Below, piece by piece: positions 27,678 through 38,159 of a stretch of 64,000 nucleotides of DNA. The position numbers and the translations under genes were made by a program. How positions within the stretch are numbered: position 1 is the first letter of the stretch; every line of letters begins with the position of its first letter. The DNA lies in the IMG/VR virus record IMGVR_UViG_2675903060_000003, positions 33,178-97,177 of that record; one strand, 5' to 3'. This stretch comes from a virus (Duplodnaviria > Caudoviricetes). The notes below the pieces were generated by a model. It was not told the origin of the DNA. It ran no database searches and worked only from the letters and a program-made list of their open reading frames with translations.

Positions 27678-27862
27678 CTGGCGTCTGGGGTCTCGTAGGG
27701 CTCTCCGAAGTGCAGTATCACCACAGGCTCGTCGCTGGGCGCGGCGAGGAAGCACTGCCGTTCCTCGTCCCACACGCTTACGGCGGGGTCTTCGAGGACG
27801 AGCAGGCTGTCGGCCCAGCCGTGCGTGGTCGAGTAGGTGCGGATCGGCGCTACGAAGGGCAT
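27671..27862 (-). CDS. Hypothetical protein
   Basis: GAGG RBS; overlaps its neighbours. Confidence 0.65.
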   Translation of the reverse strand: MPFVAPIRTYSTTHGWADSLLVLEDPAVSVWDEERQCFLAAPSDEPVVILHFGEPYETPDARW

Positions 27863-28296
27863 CGGTCGGTCCTCTCTGGAGCCCACTCGGGAAGGTATCC
27901 GGGACGGTGGCGGTAGCGGCTGGCGATACGGCGGACGGTAGGGCAGTCCCCGTCCAGGATCCACATGCAGTTGTCGTCCACGCCGGCGCATTCGTGGCTG
28001 CCCTCGTGGTCGTCGAGGATCGCCAGGTCCGCTTGGCAGTCGGTGATGATCTGCTGCGGGTCGTTGAACGCGATGTGCGCCAGGTCGTCCTCGTCCACTC
28101 CAGGGCTGGGCAGGGCGACGCCGAACAGCTCGGTCCCGTCCTCGGCGTCCACTACAGCTACGAGGTCATCAGCGCCGCCGTCTGGGCGTTCGGAGAGTCG
28201 TCCGCGGACCTCCCATGAGGCTCCGTGCGCCTCTTCAGCGAGCGACTTCCGGTGCTCGATCTGCTGGCGTGTCCAGGACAGCATGTCGGAGGTCAC
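27850..28296 (-). CDS. DUF6221-like phage protein
   Basis: HIAFNDPQQII...CPTVRRIASRYRHRPGYLPEWAP. Confidence 0.8.
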   Translation of the reverse strand: MTSDMLSWTRQQIEHRKSLAEEAHGASWEVRGRLSERPDGGADDLVAVVDAEDGTELFGVALPSPGVDEDDLAHIAFNDPQQIITDCQADLAILDDHEGSHECAGVDDNCMWILDGDCPTVRRIASRYRHRPGYLPEWAPERTDRCPS

Positions 28297-28820
28297 GAGG
28301 CCGCTCCCGTCTCTGCGGTCTGTTCTGTGTGCCGGTAGGTGCAGTGTCCGCAACGAGGGCAGTGGGGGTGATCGCCCTTGCCGCAGTCGGGGCCGGGGTT
28401 CCAGGTGCAGCGCTCGCACGAGTCGCAGGTGGCGTTGAGGGTCCGCAGGCGGGCGGGCACTAGGTCGTGCAGGTGGGCGCGCACGAACTCGCGCCACTCC
28501 GCCATGTCGACCCCTTCCGGGTCGGCAGGGCTGATCAGGTCGGCCAGCCACGCCTCGACATCCACCGGCGGGTTCACGATCTCGGCCATGTCGCACTCGT
28601 GGCCAGCCGCCCAGCATTCGTGGCAGTTCTGGTCCTGCTCGGCGTCGTGGCCGGCGCAGATGAGGAACAAGCCGAGGTGTTCGTGGACGCAGCCTGCGAC
28701 GAGCAGCCGTTTCGCTGGCATCTGGCAGGGGCGGCGGGACTCGGTGTGGATGCCGCTACAGGGGAGGGGGATGTGTTTGCCCTCGGCGACGAGCTGGTAG
28801 AGGGCGTCCAGCGCGGTCAT
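28293..28820 (-). CDS. Cys/His-rich hypothetical protein
   Basis: Multiple CxxC; coupled ORF. Confidence 0.7.
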   Translation of the reverse strand: MTALDALYQLVAEGKHIPLPCSGIHTESRRPCQMPAKRLLVAGCVHEHLGLFLICAGHDAEQDQNCHECWAAGHECDMAEIVNPPVDVEAWLADLISPADPEGVDMAEWREFVRAHLHDLVPARLRTLNATCDSCERCTWNPGPDCGKGDHPHCPRCGHCTYRHTEQTAETGAAS

Positions 28821-28977
28821 GGCGTCGCCTCGCCGTTGCTCTCAGGGCAGCAGTCACGGCAGTTGAGTTCATTGCAGGTGCGGCACAGGGTGAGGTGGTG
28901 TCCGTCCACCACGTCGCTGGCCAGTTCGTGGCCTTCGTGGGCTGCCATCCAGCGGTCGTGACGTGTGGTCGTCGTGG

Positions 28978-29154
28978 TCATGTCGCACCTTCCAGGAGGT
29001 CGGTCTGTCCGTCGCAGTCTCCCCCGTCGCGCTTCGAGAAGCGGGGCGACGAAGGGGTGGTGATCCCCAGCCGTTCGGCGCAGTCAGGCCCGTACCCGAG
29101 ACGGCGGGATTCCGGGTCCCACAACTTCTTGCCGCACCCTGCCCGGCACTTCAT
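28978..29154 (-). CDS. DUF6011-like zinc-finger protein
   Basis: CRAGCGKKLWDPESRRLGYGPDCAERLG. Confidence 0.8.
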   Translation of the reverse strand: MKCRAGCGKKLWDPESRRLGYGPDCAERLGITTPSSPRFSKRDGGDCDGQTDLLEGAT

Positions 29155-32100
29155 GACCGGGAGGGGTGGGGCGTCGAGGTCAAGCAGGTCCACTACCGCT
29201 CCCGGTGCCTGTCCAGCGCAGCCTCGGTCTCCTTCAGGAGCCTGTCCACTCTGCGCAAGGCACGCCAGCACACCGCCGCGAGCGGGATGCCGACCAGCGC
29301 CCATAAGGCGATCACGAGCAGGTCGAGGGCGAGAGCGAGTTCATCCACGGCGGCGGCTCCTCGCCGTTTCGGCGATCTGCTTGTTGATCTGGGCGACCTT
29401 GACCCAGTCCCGTTCGGCTGCCTTCCATGACTCCTCGGCGCGTTTCCAGTTCGCGATCGTCTCCCGTGCGGAGCGTCGCACCTGGCAGAGAGTGTGGAAG
29501 GAGAACACCAGTGCAGCGAAAGAGAATGCGAGCACTCCGTAGACGAGCCAAGCGGGCATGGTCACGTCTCCTCCTCGGCGGCTTCCTGTCGCTCCATGAG
29601 CCGCTGCCCGAGTAGAGGCAGAGCGTACGCCCACGCTTTCGCGAGGAGCTGTTCCTCGGGAGACTCCGGCGGGCGGTAGTCGTCCTCAAGCACGTCGCCT
29701 CCTCCTTCGGGTGCGCCGCTGGTACTGGCTCCGTCAGGGTTGGTCATGCCGTCCAGTCTCCTCCTCGTCCAGCAGGTCCGGCGGCGGGTCGAGTGCGTCC
29801 CGGAGTTCTCCGGCGACCAAATCGAACCAGTTCCTCGCGCTCGCGCGAGTCGCGGTTTCGGCGTTCAACTCGTACACGTCGGCCAACTGCCGAACGCGGG
29901 CGATGGTCGCCTCAGCCTCGCGGAGCCGCTCCATCTCCTCGTCTCGTACGGCGGCGACCACCTCGGCCAGTTCCGCACATGACGGCGTCCAGAACGAGCG
30001 GCACCCATCCCCTGCGGTGACCATGACGTACGGCGTCTGCCCGATCCGGTCGGCGGGCTCGGGCTTCTCCACCCGCTCGTTCTCGCCGTCCCGGTCGCAG
30101 CGGTAGACCGGCTCGGTGAACTTCGCGGCGAGCGCTTCGGCGTAGCGCTGGCGGAGGTCGTCACTCATCGTCGTCAGGCTCCTCGGTCTCTTCGGGTCCG
30201 TACAGCATGTCCAGCCAGGCCGTGCGACGCTCGGCGACCACCAGGGCGAGGCGATCTCGCAGATCTGCGAGACGCCGGTTCTGCGCCTGCTGGCGGCGCC
30301 GATAGGAGCGCAGCGCCGCCAGGGTGCTGTCTGTTGGGTGGCGGAGGTCGTGACTCACAGGACCAGCTCCCGGACCGCCAGGGACAGAGCATCAACCTCG
30401 GGCAGTGGACGCACGTCCGTCAGGTAGGTTCGCCTGCCCTCGGTGACCCGCACCCGCCCTAACGGCTCCCTGCCGCGCTGCTCGGGGTGGGTGTGCCAGC
30501 CGACAGGTCCGGAACCGCAGGCGGACCCGTCGCACTCGACCTCGAAGTACGAGAGGGGGATCAGGCCAGGGTCGAAGGGGTTCAAAGGGTGATCCTCTCG
30601 TTGAGGGAGACGCACGCCCACCCGGTTGGGGGCAGAGCGCACGTCGGCATGGTCGGCTCCTAGACGGACACCCGACCGCAGCCAGGGCAGGAGCGCTGAC
30701 GGTGGGTACGGGACATGGCTTCCGCCCACTCGTGCCACGCCAGGTAGCCGGAAGGGGCGGGAGTGTGAAGGGCGGCGCGAGGGCAGGGGCGGAGGTCGTC
30801 AACCATGCCGCACCTGCTCTTCGGTAATCCACAGTGCGCCCTCATCGCTGGGCTCTTCGTCGCGCTCGTGCACAGCCCACGTGCGTGCGCCGTTGGTGCC
30901 GAGTGCGCTCCCCTCCGTCATCTCCGTGGCCACAAGGTCGCCGCCGAAGATGTCGTGACTGCTGAGAGCGTTCAGGGCGGCGTCGAGACTGGCACCCACG
31001 GCGATGCGCTTGCGTCCGTCCACGGGATTCTCGCTGAACCAGATCACTTCGGCGATGTAGACGACGGCGGGGTCAGGCATGGTCGTTCCTCTCGGGTAGG
31101 GCGGCTTGGTAGGAGTCGGCGAGCTCGCGGAGCGCGTCGTCGGCCTGCTTCTGATGGATCTTGGCCAACCGTGACATCCCTTGATCCAGTGCCCAGGCGG
31201 CCTTGCCTTTGTGTCTGCGAGCCTCACTCTTCAGGATGCTCAAGTACAGATCGTTCCTGGCCATGTCAGCCCTCCTCGGGCAGAGCGGCGCGGAGACGGT
31301 TCATCGCCTCCACCTCTCGCTTCAGGTCGCTTCCTCGGTACAGGTAGGCGCGCAGATCTTCGGCGGAGACGACGACCAGCCCTGCGCCGGCCAATGCGTC
31401 GAGGGCGATTCTGGCCCCCTCTTCGGCCTCCCGGCCGGACAGCATGATCGGCTTGTCGAGCATGGCGTCGGTCAAGGCCCGCTTGCCGAGACGGAGTCTC
31501 AGGTGCTCCCGCAGCGCCTTCTCGATCAGCTCAGCGGGGGTCATGGGCCGCTCCCTCGATCTCGTCGGCGACCGCGAGCAGCACAGCCACGACGCTGTCC
31601 CCTGTGACCAGCCGCTTGTGGCGGGACTTGAACGCCCTCCAGGCGTCCATCGGGTACGGGCCGTCGTCGGCGACGATGGCGCGGATCTCCTCGGCTACCT
31701 TGCGGCGTGTGCGCGCTTCGATGTGCGACAGGGACTCGCCCACGTGCCAGCCCAGCGGTCCATCCCAGTACGGGCAGCATGCGCGCACATGCTCTACGCC
31801 CGGATGGTCGCCGTGGCAGACGCACGGGCAGGCTTGTACGGCCCCTTCGGGGATCTCAGGCATCGCTGCCTCCTTGTCGTTGAGGTCTCGGGGTTCGAGC
31901 GCCCTCTCTGCGCTCCGAACGCTGTCCCGGCCGGTACCGGGAGGGAGAGGGCTGGGGGTCAATCCTTCGCCGCGTAGTACTTCCTGACCTCCGCCTCGAC
32001 GTCCACGACGCGCAGGCCGAGAAGCCGGTACCACCAGCGGAAGGCGCGGGCGGTCGGGATGCAGAAGTCCTGCACGATGTCGTCGTTGGCGTCGAGGATG

Positions 32101-33960
32101 TCGAGCACGGCGTAGCAGTCGCACGGGCCGTCCTCGTGGGTGGTGGGGCGGACGAAGCCGATCGCCCACGCCCTCCGCAGGGAGCGGCGGATGACCCGCT
32201 TGGGGTCGGAGGAGTCGACGGGCTCGCTGACGGTGTACTGGCGTCCGTCGCCGTCCGGCAGCGCTCGGAACGCGGACACGGCGACGGCGTTCTCGTGGAG
32301 TTCGGGCAGTTCCGGCTTGGTGGCAATGGTCGCGCTCATCGGGGACGCTCCGTTCAAGATCGGGTTGGGTGGCCCGGTGAGAACCGGGCCGGTATCGGCG
32401 GCGGTGCCGTCAAACAGTTCGGGCGCGGACCTCTTTCAGCCATGCCGCCACTACGGCCGGATCTTCGCCTGCGGACAGCCGGTCGCACGCCTGCCTGATC
32501 GCCGTGTCCAGAGTGGAGATGCGGGCCGCGTCCGCTCGGCGGGCTTCCGCAGTCAGGCGAGCATTGACGGCCAGGCTCCGCTCCTCGTGCTGCTCCTGGG
32601 CGGCGTCCCGCAGCAGGCCGGCGCGTGACAGGAGCAGGATCACGCCGAGGCTGTAGTCGTCGGCGTGCCACAGCACCCACCGGCGCTCGTTGAGGGCGTC
32701 GACAGCGGCCTGCTCGGCGGGGTTGAGCGGCTGGTCTTCGCGGAGGATCGCTCGGGCTTGGGCGGCGTCGGCGGTGGCGGCCATCGGGGTCTCCTCTGGG
32801 TCGGGCAGGAAGCAGATGCGGTCAGGCGGCCGGGAACAGCCCGGCCAGCGGGTTGCCGCAGTCCCGGCACCGCAGCGCGTCCGGGGCGGCAGGACGGCCC
32901 TGCGGAGGCTCCCCGCAAGAGCCGCAGCGAACGGACGGGCGGGGTCGGCGGAACAGAGACCGCAGACCCTCGACGAACAGGTCCACGAACTGGCGGGGCG
33001 AGCGGGGGACGTAGGCGAGCATCGGGGTTCCGTTCAGCATTGAGGGGGCAGCTCGTGGCAGGTGTAGCCGTGCTCGGCCAGCCACCTGCGGGTCTTCGCC
33101 AGCGACATCGGGCCGGTCTCAGGAGTGCCGGTCGCGCTCCACACGGCCTGAAGCTTGAAGTCGGCGTAGTGAAGTACCAGCCCGTAGTGGACGCCGTTCT
33201 CCAGCACGGGCATCGTTCGGGGAAGGCGAAGATCCTTCGGCATGTCGATCTCCAAGTCGGGACGGGAGGCTCCGGGCAGAGCCCGGAGCCCAGAAGACGG
33301 TCAGGCGTCGGCGGGCCAGAAGCGAGCAACCTGCCGCTCCGCCCAAGCGCGTTCACGGGGCGACTCTGAGACGTTGTAGTCGCGCACCAGGCCGGCGTCA
33401 GCGCTGAGGAGGCGTCTGACGATGGTCAGCGCCTCACGCGGCGGCAGGTCGTCCAGCTCGGCATCCCGCACCCCGACTGCGAAGCCAGCCAGCGCAGTCA
33501 CCATGTCGTCGCGTGACATCCGGAACTCGACCCGGAGCGTGATCCGCTCGACGCCGTCGCGCGACATCGTGACGTTGACGTGCTCTGGGTTCGTCATCTC
33601 CGGCTCCTTGGTCGTCGGGGGGTTGGGGTCGGTGTCCGGTCCCGGTACGGGACACCGGGACCGGGAGGGGGCGGGTCAGGCGGCGATCGTGCGCTGGTAC
33701 TCGTCGTCGCGCAGCGCCTCCGCCAGGTCGTCGAGGGCGCCGACGGCGGGCTGCAGCAGCGTGTCCATGACCTCGCGCGCCTGCTCGGCGGTGTCGCCGG
33801 CGTCTTCGGGCAGGGCCGCGCCGAGGGCGAGCAGGACACCGTGGACGATGCCCTTCAGCTTCTCGACCACCTCGGGGCTGTCGGAGGGCTGGTCGTTGAG
33901 GCGGGTGGTGAGGGCGTCCATGGCCTTCTCGGCGGCGGCGGCGAGCTCGATGGTGGTCAT
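29151..33960 (-). other. Run of ~17 small, translationally coupled hypothetical phage genes (e.g. 29341-29559, 29562-29747, 29734-30168, 30161-30358, 30799-31080, 31073-31264, 31266-31544, 31531-31863, 31959-32339, 32410-32784, 33034-33243, 33301-33597, 33676-33960)
   Basis: GGAG/GAGG RBSs, stop/start overlaps and intergenic hairpins; no recognisable domains. Confidence 0.7.
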
Positions 33961-33993
33961 GTCGGTCTCCTTGATCGAAGGGGCGGGTCTTTG

Positions 33994-34035
33994 CGCCTGT
34001 CTCGGGAGTCGAACCCGAGCGGACCGGTACAGGCA
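33994..34035 (-). other. tRNA-like mini-element (acceptor-like stem plus T-arm)
   Basis: TGCCTGT-ACCGGTCCG-CTCGGG TTCGACT CCCGAG-ACAGGCG. Confidence 0.55.
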
Positions 34036-34068
34036 GAGGGGCGGGCCCCCGGAGGGGCCCTGAGGCTG

Positions 34069-34233
34069 CTACCAGCCGGGGTAGAGGGTGGGGGCCTGCT
34101 CGCGGGCTCCGGCCCAGAACGCGTCCTCGGCCTTGGGGTCCAGCGCCAGGCTGTCGGCCGCGGCCTGCAGGTCCTGGAGGGTCATGGCGGGGTTGTCGAT
34201 CAGGAGGATCTTGGCGGCGAGGCTGGCGTTCAT
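34069..34233 (-). CDS. Small protein (54 aa), first gene after the promoter
   Basis: MNASLAAKILLIDNPAMTLQDLQAAADSLALDPKAEDAFWAGAREQAPTLYPGW; GGGAG RBS. Confidence 0.7.
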   Translation of the reverse strand: MNASLAAKILLIDNPAMTLQDLQAAADSLALDPKAEDAFWAGAREQAPTLYPGW

Positions 34234-34272
34234 CTCGGTCTCCCTGGTGTGGCGTCCCTTGCTGATGACTCG

Positions 34273-34300
34273 AAACTACCAGATCTGGCTTAGTCGTCAA
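34273..34300 (-). promoter_or_regulatory. Sigma70-type promoter TTGACG-N16-TAGTTT with the palindrome CCAGATCTGG in the spacer
   Basis: Direct sequence inspection; heads the leftward operon. Confidence 0.7.
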
Positions 34301-34357
34301 GCCTTCTGTGGCCTACTCGCTTCACCGTCACCATGTTGTGACCGAGCCAAGAACGGC

Positions 34358-34385
34358 TTGACCGCCACGCCGCCGTCGGTACGCT
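34358..34385 (+). promoter_or_regulatory. Divergent promoter TTGACC-N16-TACGCT (leaderless)
   Basis: 6 nt upstream of the GTG at 34392. Confidence 0.7.
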
Positions 34386-34391
34386 GATCGC

Positions 34392-34682
34392 GTGAGCCAC
34401 AACCATGACGTCGTTGGATACGCCGAGATCATCGACCGCGCGCGCGACGAGTTCGAGGCGGAGTTCCCCATGAGCACCGTCCGCAACTGGGAGAAGTACC
34501 GGCGCGCCTGGGTGGCCAAGGGCTCCCCCGCGCGCTCCGGCCTCCGCCCCCGCGAAACGCCCATGCCCGAACCGGTCGCCACCGTCAACGGCACCCCCGC
34601 CTGGTGCTGGCAGAAGGTCCGCGAGTGGCTGCTCCACAGCCAGCGGGTCGAACAGCCTTCCACTGACGGCTCCCCCGAGTAG
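34392..34682 (+). CDS. AlpA/MerR-like HTH regulator
   Basis: VVGYAEII...STVRNW...MPEPVATVNGTPAWCWQKVREW. Confidence 0.8.
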   Translation: MSHNHDVVGYAEIIDRARDEFEAEFPMSTVRNWEKYRRAWVAKGSPARSGLRPRETPMPEPVATVNGTPAWCWQKVREWLLHSQRVEQPSTDGSPE

Positions 34683-34683
34683 G

Positions 34684-34956
34684 TCACCGGGACTCCCCTG
34701 TCCTGCTGGCGGGCCCGTCATGCCCCGTCACGAGCTGGACGGCGGCAACGTGGGGGCAGTCGGCCTCGCCCGTCTCGCACGAGCACAGCCATCGCCCGTC
34801 GTAGTTGCGTCGCACGAAGTAGCGGCCGGACTGTCCCTGCATATGCGCACGTACAGCCAGCGGGCGGTCGTTGTCGTCTCGGCCGGTGGCCGCGAACACT
34901 GTGACCTTGCCTGCTCGCAGGTATGAGCAGGCTTGGGAGCGGACATCGACGGCCAT
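34684..34956 (-). CDS. SWIM zinc-finger protein
   Basis: WLCSCE...CPHVAAV. Confidence 0.8.
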   Translation of the reverse strand: MAVDVRSQACSYLRAGKVTVFAATGRDDNDRPLAVRAHMQGQSGRYFVRRNYDGRWLCSCETGEADCPHVAAVQLVTGHDGPASRTGESR

Positions 34957-35162
34957 CAGGACGCCTCCCCTGCCCGGTCTGCGTTCTCGGCGGCATGCTC
35001 CCGCCCGTGCAGGTACCGGGCGTCCACCAGGAGCACGTCGTGGCGGCGCAGGTAGCTCTCGATCTCCGCCGCCACCTTCTGCCGGTCCGAGAGGGGCAGC
35101 CACGCTCCGACGGACCGGAGTGCGGGATGGACGGCGTTGAACAGGTGGTCGGAGACGGTCAC
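34956..35162 (-). CDS. Hypothetical protein
   Basis: Coupled ORF. Confidence 0.65.
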   Translation of the reverse strand: MTVSDHLFNAVHPALRSVGAWLPLSDRQKVAAEIESYLRRHDVLLVDARYLHGREHAAENADRAGEAS

Positions 35163-35545
35163 GACGCCTCCCCGGACTGGTGGGAGGCGGGAGCGGTCAG
35201 GCAGTCACAGTCGCCGCCAGGGCTGCACGCGACACACCGGTAGGTTCCATCCGGGTGCTTGGTCCACTCCGCCTCGGTGACCGTGGACGCGTCAGCCGCG
35301 TTGTCGAAGTGGACGATGTAGCCCTCGCCGGACTCGTCGAACATCTCGGTGCAGTCCGGGCAGCCGCATTCCACGAACAGGCATGACTGCTCGCGCTGGC
35401 GCGGGACCCAGCCCGGCTCAGTTTCCTTGGCTGCGTCATCACTGGACCTGAAGTGCGGCTGAAGGTCCCCGTTGTCCCACAGGGCACCGGTCTCGGCGTT
35501 GACGAGAATCCAGCAGTTGTCTGCCATGTTGTTCGATTCCTCCAT
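35159..35545 (-). CDS. Cys-rich hypothetical protein
   Basis: CGCPDC and CVAC; probable start at MADNCW. Confidence 0.7.
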   Translation of the reverse strand: MEESNNMADNCWILVNAETGALWDNGDLQPHFRSSDDAAKETEPGWVPRQREQSCLFVECGCPDCTEMFDESGEGYIVHFDNAADASTVTEAEWTKHPDGTYRCVACSPGGDCDCLTAPASHQSGEAS

Positions 35546-35649
35546 CGAATAGCGATCTTGAGAGTCAAGATCCGTGATCTTTCTCGGACTGGTGAGCGGA
35601 CAGCGGAGCGCCAGAAGCCACGCTGAATCGCCTAGCGCTCCGCTGTCCG

Positions 35650-35940
35650 CTACCGGGAGACCGGAGCGGCCTCAAACTCGGCGAGAGACGGCCTCTGGGG
35701 CCCGCTACGGGCATCCCCGCCCGAGCCGTCCCCCGCCGTTCGCGCCGCGAGGGCGGTCAGGTCGAACTCTCCGGCGCGGACCCCCGCCAGGAACGCCGCC
35801 CACTCATCGCCGTCGAATCGCAGCGAGGGCCCGTCCGGATCCTTGCCGTCCCGCACCAACACGCCGCCCCCGTCCGCGAGCGGCGCCACCTCGACGCAGG
35901 ACCCGGCGTTGCAGGCGCTCGCCGTACGCCAGGCGGTCAC
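35650..35940 (-). CDS. DUF397 protein
   Basis: WRTASACNAGSCVEVA...VLVRDGKDPDGPSLRF...WAAFLAGVRAGEF. Confidence 0.92.
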   Translation of the reverse strand: MTAWRTASACNAGSCVEVAPLADGGGVLVRDGKDPDGPSLRFDGDEWAAFLAGVRAGEFDLTALAARTAGDGSGGDARSGPQRPSLAEFEAAPVSR

Positions 35941-36338
35941 GACGCGGACCCGTTCAGGACACGAGCCACAGCCAGGGCCTCACGGAAGCAGTAGCAGTCC
36001 TCGCCGATCGCGCCGTCGCAGGTGTCGTGCAGACGTCCTCGAACCTCGTCGTCGAACTTCTTGGCCGTCTTCTCCAGCCAGGAGGCCAGAGGCTCAGCCA
36101 GGAGCGGGTTCACCAGAGCCATCCACTCTGCGGTCTCCTTCTCCAGCGGCTCGTCGAGGACGTACTCGAAGTCGTCGTCGAAGTCCGTACCGGGAACGTT
36201 CCGCCACGCCACGAGGCGGTCGCCGTTGTCGAGCGACTCCCACGGGCCTGCTAGCGCGTTGCCGCCGCTCTCGCGCAGCCGCGCTGCCGCCTCTCGGAGT
36301 TCGCCGGCGAGGGTCTTCTCAGTCGTGATCTCAGCCAT
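35937..36338 (-). CDS. Hypothetical phage protein
   Basis: ELREAAARLRE...GPW...EALAVARVL. Confidence 0.75.
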   Translation of the reverse strand: MAEITTEKTLAGELREAAARLRESGGNALAGPWESLDNGDRLVAWRNVPGTDFDDDFEYVLDEPLEKETAEWMALVNPLLAEPLASWLEKTAKKFDDEVRGRLHDTCDGAIGEDCYCFREALAVARVLNGSAS

Positions 36339-36576
36339 GGTCGGGGGTCTCCTCTTCGGCGGCTTTGGACGGGATGAGGGCGGGGTAGGTGTGCTCGTGG
36401 CCGCTGGCAGCGCGACGGAGCTCGCCGATCGTGGCGTGCCAGTCCGTAGCCACGCGCTGCCGTGTCCTGCACGAAAGGTCAGGGCAGGCGACGATCAGCG
36501 AGTCGCCCTCGGCGACCACCTCAAAGCGGTCCACGTCGGCGACCGGGGCGAGAGTCTTCTCGGAGGTGTCAGCCAC
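36331..36576 (-). CDS. Hypothetical protein
   Basis: Overlapping operon ORF with GGAGG RBS. Confidence 0.65.
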   Translation of the reverse strand: MADTSEKTLAPVADVDRFEVVAEGDSLIVACPDLSCRTRQRVATDWHATIGELRRAASGHEHTYPALIPSKAAEEETPDHG

Positions 36577-36964
36577 GGACAGCCACCTCCTGCGGCCTCG
36601 TGTCGGCGAACATCCGCGCGGGCCGCTCGAACTCGTCTCGGGGGAACAGCCCCTCCTGGCCGGGAGGGTCCGGGATCGGAGTCGGCTCGCCCGGCCCGCC
36701 GTCGTCCTCGTCGCGGAAGTACAGGCACGTGTACTGGTCGCCCAGCCGGAACTCGTCCTTGCGTAGCCACTCCGCCGGCGTCTTGCCCGTGTAGGCGACG
36801 AGGATGATCGGGCAGGCGTTCTCGTAGTCGTCGTTGCGGGCGGGCTTGTCGTGCACGCAGCGGTGGCAGTTGTTCGCCATCCAGGCGTAGCCCTCGGTGC
36901 CGTTCGAGAACGGCGACCCCTCGGCGGCCTTCGCGAACACCTCGTCGGCGGTTGGCAGGCTCAT
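36569..36964 (-). CDS. Conserved phage protein
   Basis: FSNGTEG..W...C.RC.HD motif. Confidence 0.8.
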   Translation of the reverse strand: MSLPTADEVFAKAAEGSPFSNGTEGYAWMANNCHRCVHDKPARNDDYENACPIILVAYTGKTPAEWLRKDEFRLGDQYTCLYFRDEDDGGPGEPTPIPDPPGQEGLFPRDEFERPARMFADTRPQEVAVRG

Positions 36965-37203
36965 CGGGCGGACACCTCGCCCCCGTGCTCGGCGTCGGAC
37001 AGTTCGCCGGACTCCAGCAGGCTCGCGGCCAAGCCCATCGCTGTGGCCTGGATAACCACGGCGATGCCGCCACTCTTGCCCGCCGAGACATCGGCGACGG
37101 CGTCATTCAGCCGAGGTTCGGCGTAGGCGCGCAGTTCGGCGACGCAGCGGGCGCGCTCGTCGGCGCGGATCTCCGCTTCCGTCGCGGTCTTGGTGTCGCT
37201 CAT
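36961..37203 (-). CDS. Hypothetical protein
   Basis: ATGA-coupled ORF. Confidence 0.65.
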   Translation of the reverse strand: MSDTKTATEAEIRADERARCVAELRAYAEPRLNDAVADVSAGKSGGIAVVIQATAMGLAASLLESGELSDAEHGGEVSAR

Positions 37204-37970
37204 TGGTGGTCCTTCCTGGACTGTCGGGTAAGAGCGGGAGGGGTGTCGAGCACGGGGGCACTGATCAGGTGCAGGGGGGCGGGAACGGCGTCGTCCGCCT
37301 CTTCCAGGCTGGGTGTGGGCAGTTCCAGGCCGCCGAGCACAACGGACAGGACGGGCGGGACTGGGCGTGCGGCCTCCACGCGGGCCAGGACCGGCCAGTC
37401 GTCGGCGCGGATCCCGACCTTTGGCGGCGCCCACGACCCGTCCGCCTTGCGGTAGTTCTTCTCCCAGTCCCACGGCAGGTAGCACGGCAGCAGACCGCCC
37501 CGGTTCGGCAACGGCACCGGAAGGCCGGCGTCACGGCGCCGCTTCTCGGCCGCATTCGCGGCGTCCGCCTCCTGCCGGTGACGGGAGCAGAAGCGGGCCA
37601 TCTGCCAGGTGCCATCCACAGGGTTCGTCACCTGGAAACCGACCATCGGGCTACGCCCGCACAGGCGCTTCGCCCGCGGCAGCTCGGCCACGCACCCGGC
37701 GTCGTACGGTTCCGGGTCCGGCTCGTACCGGGGCAAGTCAGAGCGGATCAACTCCCAAAACCGGAAGTTGTCCAGCCCCATCACCTCGCACGTCCGCTTG
37801 ATCCGCGCGCCTCGGGGAGCACGCTCCACCCCGAGAACCCAGATCGCGGTCACGACGAACATGCGCAGGTCGCCGCCCCACCGGTTCGGGTTCGGGAACC
37901 GGGTGTCGTTCATCGCCCTGGAGATGTCCTCGCGGACTTTCAGCAGGTAGCGAAGATCTTCGCCGTTCAC
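37200..37970 (-). CDS. Hypothetical protein, paralogue of 18778..19551
   Basis: ELIRSDLPRYE, FCSRH, PVPLPNRGGLLPCY. Confidence 0.8.
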   Translation of the reverse strand: MNGEDLRYLLKVREDISRAMNDTRFPNPNRWGGDLRMFVVTAIWVLGVERAPRGARIKRTCEVMGLDNFRFWELIRSDLPRYEPDPEPYDAGCVAELPRAKRLCGRSPMVGFQVTNPVDGTWQMARFCSRHRQEADAANAAEKRRRDAGLPVPLPNRGGLLPCYLPWDWEKNYRKADGSWAPPKVGIRADDWPVLARVEAARPVPPVLSVVLGGLELPTPSLEEADDAVPAPLHLISAPVLDTPPALTRQSRKDHQ

Positions 37971-38159
37971 GGGACCTCCTTCGGGTCAGGAACAGGAAGC
38001 GCCGGCGAAGGCGCCGGGTCAGGAGGGGGCGGATCCGAGAGCACCTCGTCCAGGAGGCGGATCAGCTCCCGTAACGGCGGGCCCCAGTTCGAGCCGCAGC
38101 GGCACACCAGCGAGGCAGGACCTTCGCCCGGCAGGCAGCCGCCGCAGCTCGGGCACGGG

